A stretch of 50,583 nt of DNA, filler included, from Basidioascus undulatus (Eukaryota), in assembly GCA_000826855.1 (NCBI GenBank). It is 3 parts of 3 records of this genome, joined end to end, with 100 filler letters (N's around TTAATTAATTAA, not from the genome) between each part and the next. Parts side by side here need not be neighbours in the genome. Positions count along the whole stretch, not along the records: positions 33,794 to 50,583 come from JTLS01000567.1; 2 more parts are not named here. One strand, written 5' to 3'. Position 1 is the first letter of the stretch, and the number at the start of each line of letters is the position of its first letter. The notes under the pieces are model-generated. The model worked only from the letters and a program-made list of their open reading frames with translations. It ran no database searches and was not told the DNA's origin. The position numbers and the translations under genes were made by a program. Positions 47,620-50,583 of the stretch are shown in pieces.

Positions 47620-48179
47620 ACTCGTTGTATAAGTGAGGATTATGAAAGGTTCTTGAATTTGCGAAATGCGAGTGAGAGTAGCGGTGAAAGACGCACACAG
47701 CCGCTTGTCGCGGATCCCTCTTAAAAACGCATCATATTGACTTCATCCCGGCGATCGCCCACGCTCAAGAAAGAATACAACTGCCGAGATCTGGAGGCCA
47801 TGCGTGGGGTTCTTCGTCGGTGGAGCACGAGCTTGATGCATGATGCGCAAATTGGTAAGATGCTGGTTAGGTAACACAAGCAAGCACTGAATCGCACAGC
47901 AGCACGCTGCCGCTTTCATGCACCCGGGAGTGGTTCAGACGACCGATGCGCCTTTTTGGATGCAGACGCAGCTGAAAGTACAACAACGTCAGGACAAGAA
48001 AAGAGACCAAGAATGGGAGCGAGAAAAAAAGGAGAGAATGAAGCTACAAATGAGCGCTCAAACAAGCGTATGGAGTCAACATCGAATCGACGAAGCCCAA
48101 CAAAGCGTCTCTCTCGACCGCGGCCAAGCAGCGGCAATAAAGCGGGAAAAAGGAAAGAAACCCCCGCGCCAGCCCGGGT

Positions 48180-50558
48180 CTACTCGTCCACGTCCATCTT
48201 CACACCCCCGGCGGCAGCGGGCGTCCTCCGCCTCGCGCTCCTTCGAACCGTAGGCGACTCCGTCTCGGTCTCCTCCCCGCCGCTCGTATCAGGGCTCGAG
48301 CGCTTCCGCCCAGCTCCGCCTCCCTGCAGGTTCAGCCTGCCGAGGCTCGAGATGGTCGACGAGCCTGAGGGGGACATCGCGCCCGAGGGCAGCGGGCCGT
48401 CGTCGTCATCCCCGCCTGCGACGGAGGGCGCCGCGGACGTGTCCGCGGAGCTGGTCGATGCCGTGGAGAAGGACGTCGTCGTCGCTGATGTGGGCGGAAG
48501 GTGGTGCGCCGCTTGCTGACGCTGCTGCTCGCGTTGGCGCTGGAGGCCGACGATGCGGAGGCGCTCGAGCCAGCTGCACAATGAGAGGGTTGATCAGCTG
48601 GATTTCTAGTGGTAAAACAGAGAAGCGAGAACGTACGCCTCGGCCCTCTCCAGCGACTCCCCGAACACGATCGTGCAGCTCCTGAGCATGTCCAAGCTCT
48701 CGGTTGCCAGCGTCAACACCCTGCTAGCCGCCTGCTCCGCGCCCCTGGTAGTGGGCACGCCCCCCGCCTGCGCTTGCTCAACGCCCGTCCCCGGCGCCTG
48801 TTGCACGCGCTGCTGCTGCGCGGCCGCCCAGCGTTCAGGCAGGACGAGGATGAACCCTCTGACGCGGTTCCGCGCCTGCTCGGGCAGCGCAGCGCCCGCG
48901 TAGGTCGAGACGATGTCGACGACCTTGCGCACGGTCTCGACGAGGTCGTGCTTGATCGAGCCGAGCGTGCGCACGGCGGAGGCGGGAACGAGCGCATCCG
49001 GTCCGCCGGGTTGGTTGAGCGCTGCGATGAGGTCGCGCAGTATCGTGATTTGGTGCTCAATGTGCGCAGTCGCATACTGGGGGAGGGGGGCAGGGGTGGC
49101 AGGTTTCAGCAGGGTCACTGAACACACATACGAAGAGACGACGAACTTGAAGCCATTGCAAGCAATATTGCAGGCTTTTCATGCTCTCCTCGCTGACCGC
49201 CGCCGAGATACCGCCCGCCGTCATACCCGCCTCGACCAGCATCGTCTGCCACCGTGACCGGCTCGCAGCGACGACCTGTTGATGTTGCTGCTGCTGCTGC
49301 TGCTGCGGCTCGTTCTCTGCATGAAGCACCATCCAACTTCAGTTCTCATCAGATCCGACGGAAGTGGGAAATCGTAAGCCGTACCGCCCCGCGTCCGTGA
49401 AGACGACCGATCGCGCGCCGTGCGTCTCCTCGCCGTCGGCGGCGCACCCTCATCTTGCAGCGAAGGGTCAAGATGCCGGCGGTGATCCCAGGCTTCCGCG
49501 TCAGGCACGTCTTCACGTGGTGGAGTCGTGCCGAGAGAGGGATATGAGCGTCCGAGCTAGTGACGATCTCGAGTTGTCAGTTGCAAGAGCAAGGCCATCA
49601 TCTCAGGTCCGAAGTCGACGCACCCGATCCAGTTGCCGATTCGCGAACTCGTCCAGCTGCCCTAATTGCGGTTCCAATCTGCTGAGCACAGGCGCCGAAA
49701 CCGCCTTGACTCCGCTCTCGATCGCTTCCGCGCCATACTGCGTAGGTCGACCACAAGTCAGTGTACGCGTGCTTGTTTGAGGCCTGGGGCGCAGAGCGAG
49801 ACGCACCTTGACCACCCTGGAGCTCTCTTTCCCGCGCTCATATGCCCTCAGCGCGCCGCTGACGATGGGCACTTTGCTCATGCGCGCGAGGAACGGGTCC
49901 TCGGCGGGGAAGGGGAAGTCGGAGCCACCGTATGTGGACGTTGCGGGGGTAGAGGTGTGTGAGGAGGAAGTGAGTGATGGGGTCGATGTGGAGGCGTAGG
50001 CAGAGCTGCGCATTCCTGTTTGTTGGGCAGGTGGCACAAGATGAAGAGACAAGAAGGCGATAAAGCGGGTCAGCGTCCGTGTGTTGTCGAGATGGTGAGC
50101 GTGGCCGAGGAAGACCCTGCCCTGGACAATGGTCCCGTGAAACCACCCAGCGGTAATCTACGCGCAGAGCACTAAAATTCTCAGCGCATCCCCACTGCGC
50201 ATAGCAAGGAAAGCCTCGAGTGGGATCGTCCAAGCAGTCCCATCCGGTGCGCCTCCGCTCCGCGCGGTGTTTCCTTCCGCTCCGCATGATAGCCGCCAGA
50301 CCCGACGGACTCACCGTCGACCTGTCCCGCACCGCCCAACGCTCCCAGCGCCATGACGGCCTCCATCACGTCCTTGTCGCGCTCATCGATGCTGAGCCCC
50401 GCCATGCCGCTGCCGCCGCCGCCGCCGCCTCCGGCCCCCTCGGCTTCTGCTCGTGCGCCGGGGAGCGGGCTGCTCTCGTCCGCGGGGCGCTCGCACAAGT
50501 CTGCGACGGAGAGGGCGGCCTTTGTCGTTGGGGTCGGGTTCGTCTCTGCGTCGGCCAT
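48180..50558 (-). CDS. OPI1: Opi1-family transcriptional regulator
   Basis: SKVPIVSGALRAYERGKESSRVVK/YGAEAIES..LDEFANRQLDR, AVSEESMKSLQYCLQWLQ/YATAHIE, VETVRKVVDIVSTYAGAALPEQARNRVRGFILVLPERW and RVLTLATESLDML...ESLERAEA/WLERL. Confidence 0.88.
49288..49305 (-). repeat. (CAG)6 microsatellite encoding a poly-Q tract in Opi1
   Basis: CTG x6 on the plus strand; the minus frame reads EPQQQQQQQHQQ. Confidence 0.7.
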
Positions 50559-50583
50559 TGGTGGGGGCGGGGCAGACTGATGG

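Noticed and set aside
1..50583. CRISPR arrays, rRNA genes, prokaryotic operons or defence systems
   Set aside because: None seen; the DNA is eukaryotic with spliceosomal introns and shows no regularly spaced direct repeats.

Overview
Eukaryotic, GC-rich, intron-dense DNA, most consistent with a basidiomycete fungus. It has short introns with GTGCGT/GTACGT/GTGAGT/GTCCGT donors and CTGAC branch sites, a 5MP/BZW gene, and Opi1-, Rax2- and AA14-type genes. The window is three contigs joined by two artificial 100-bp spacers (N44-TTAATTAATTAA-N44), so adjacency across 16.8 kb and 33.7 kb is not established. Apparently intact genes: RPEL-repeat protein, DUF1279/FAM210-like protein, BZW/5MP, CCT6, Rax2-like protein with a C-terminal SH3, synaptobrevin (SNC1-like), intron-containing tRNA-Val(CAC), phosducin-like protein, IAH1-like SGNH esterase, SnoaL-like ester cyclase, CWC27 and Opi1. 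A DUF2828 gene is intact except for an AT-AG intron. Decayed sequences are interleaved among them: F-box/LRR, a duplicate of the RAX2 3' end, RecQ helicase, a single-pass membrane protein, AA14 LPMO, 6PGD and a LINE reverse transcriptase. The best novelty candidate is a small secreted, Kex2-site-punctuated, His/acidic repeat-peptide precursor (28180-29057). All gene models were spliced and translated by eye and family calls come from recalled motifs; no database search was run.
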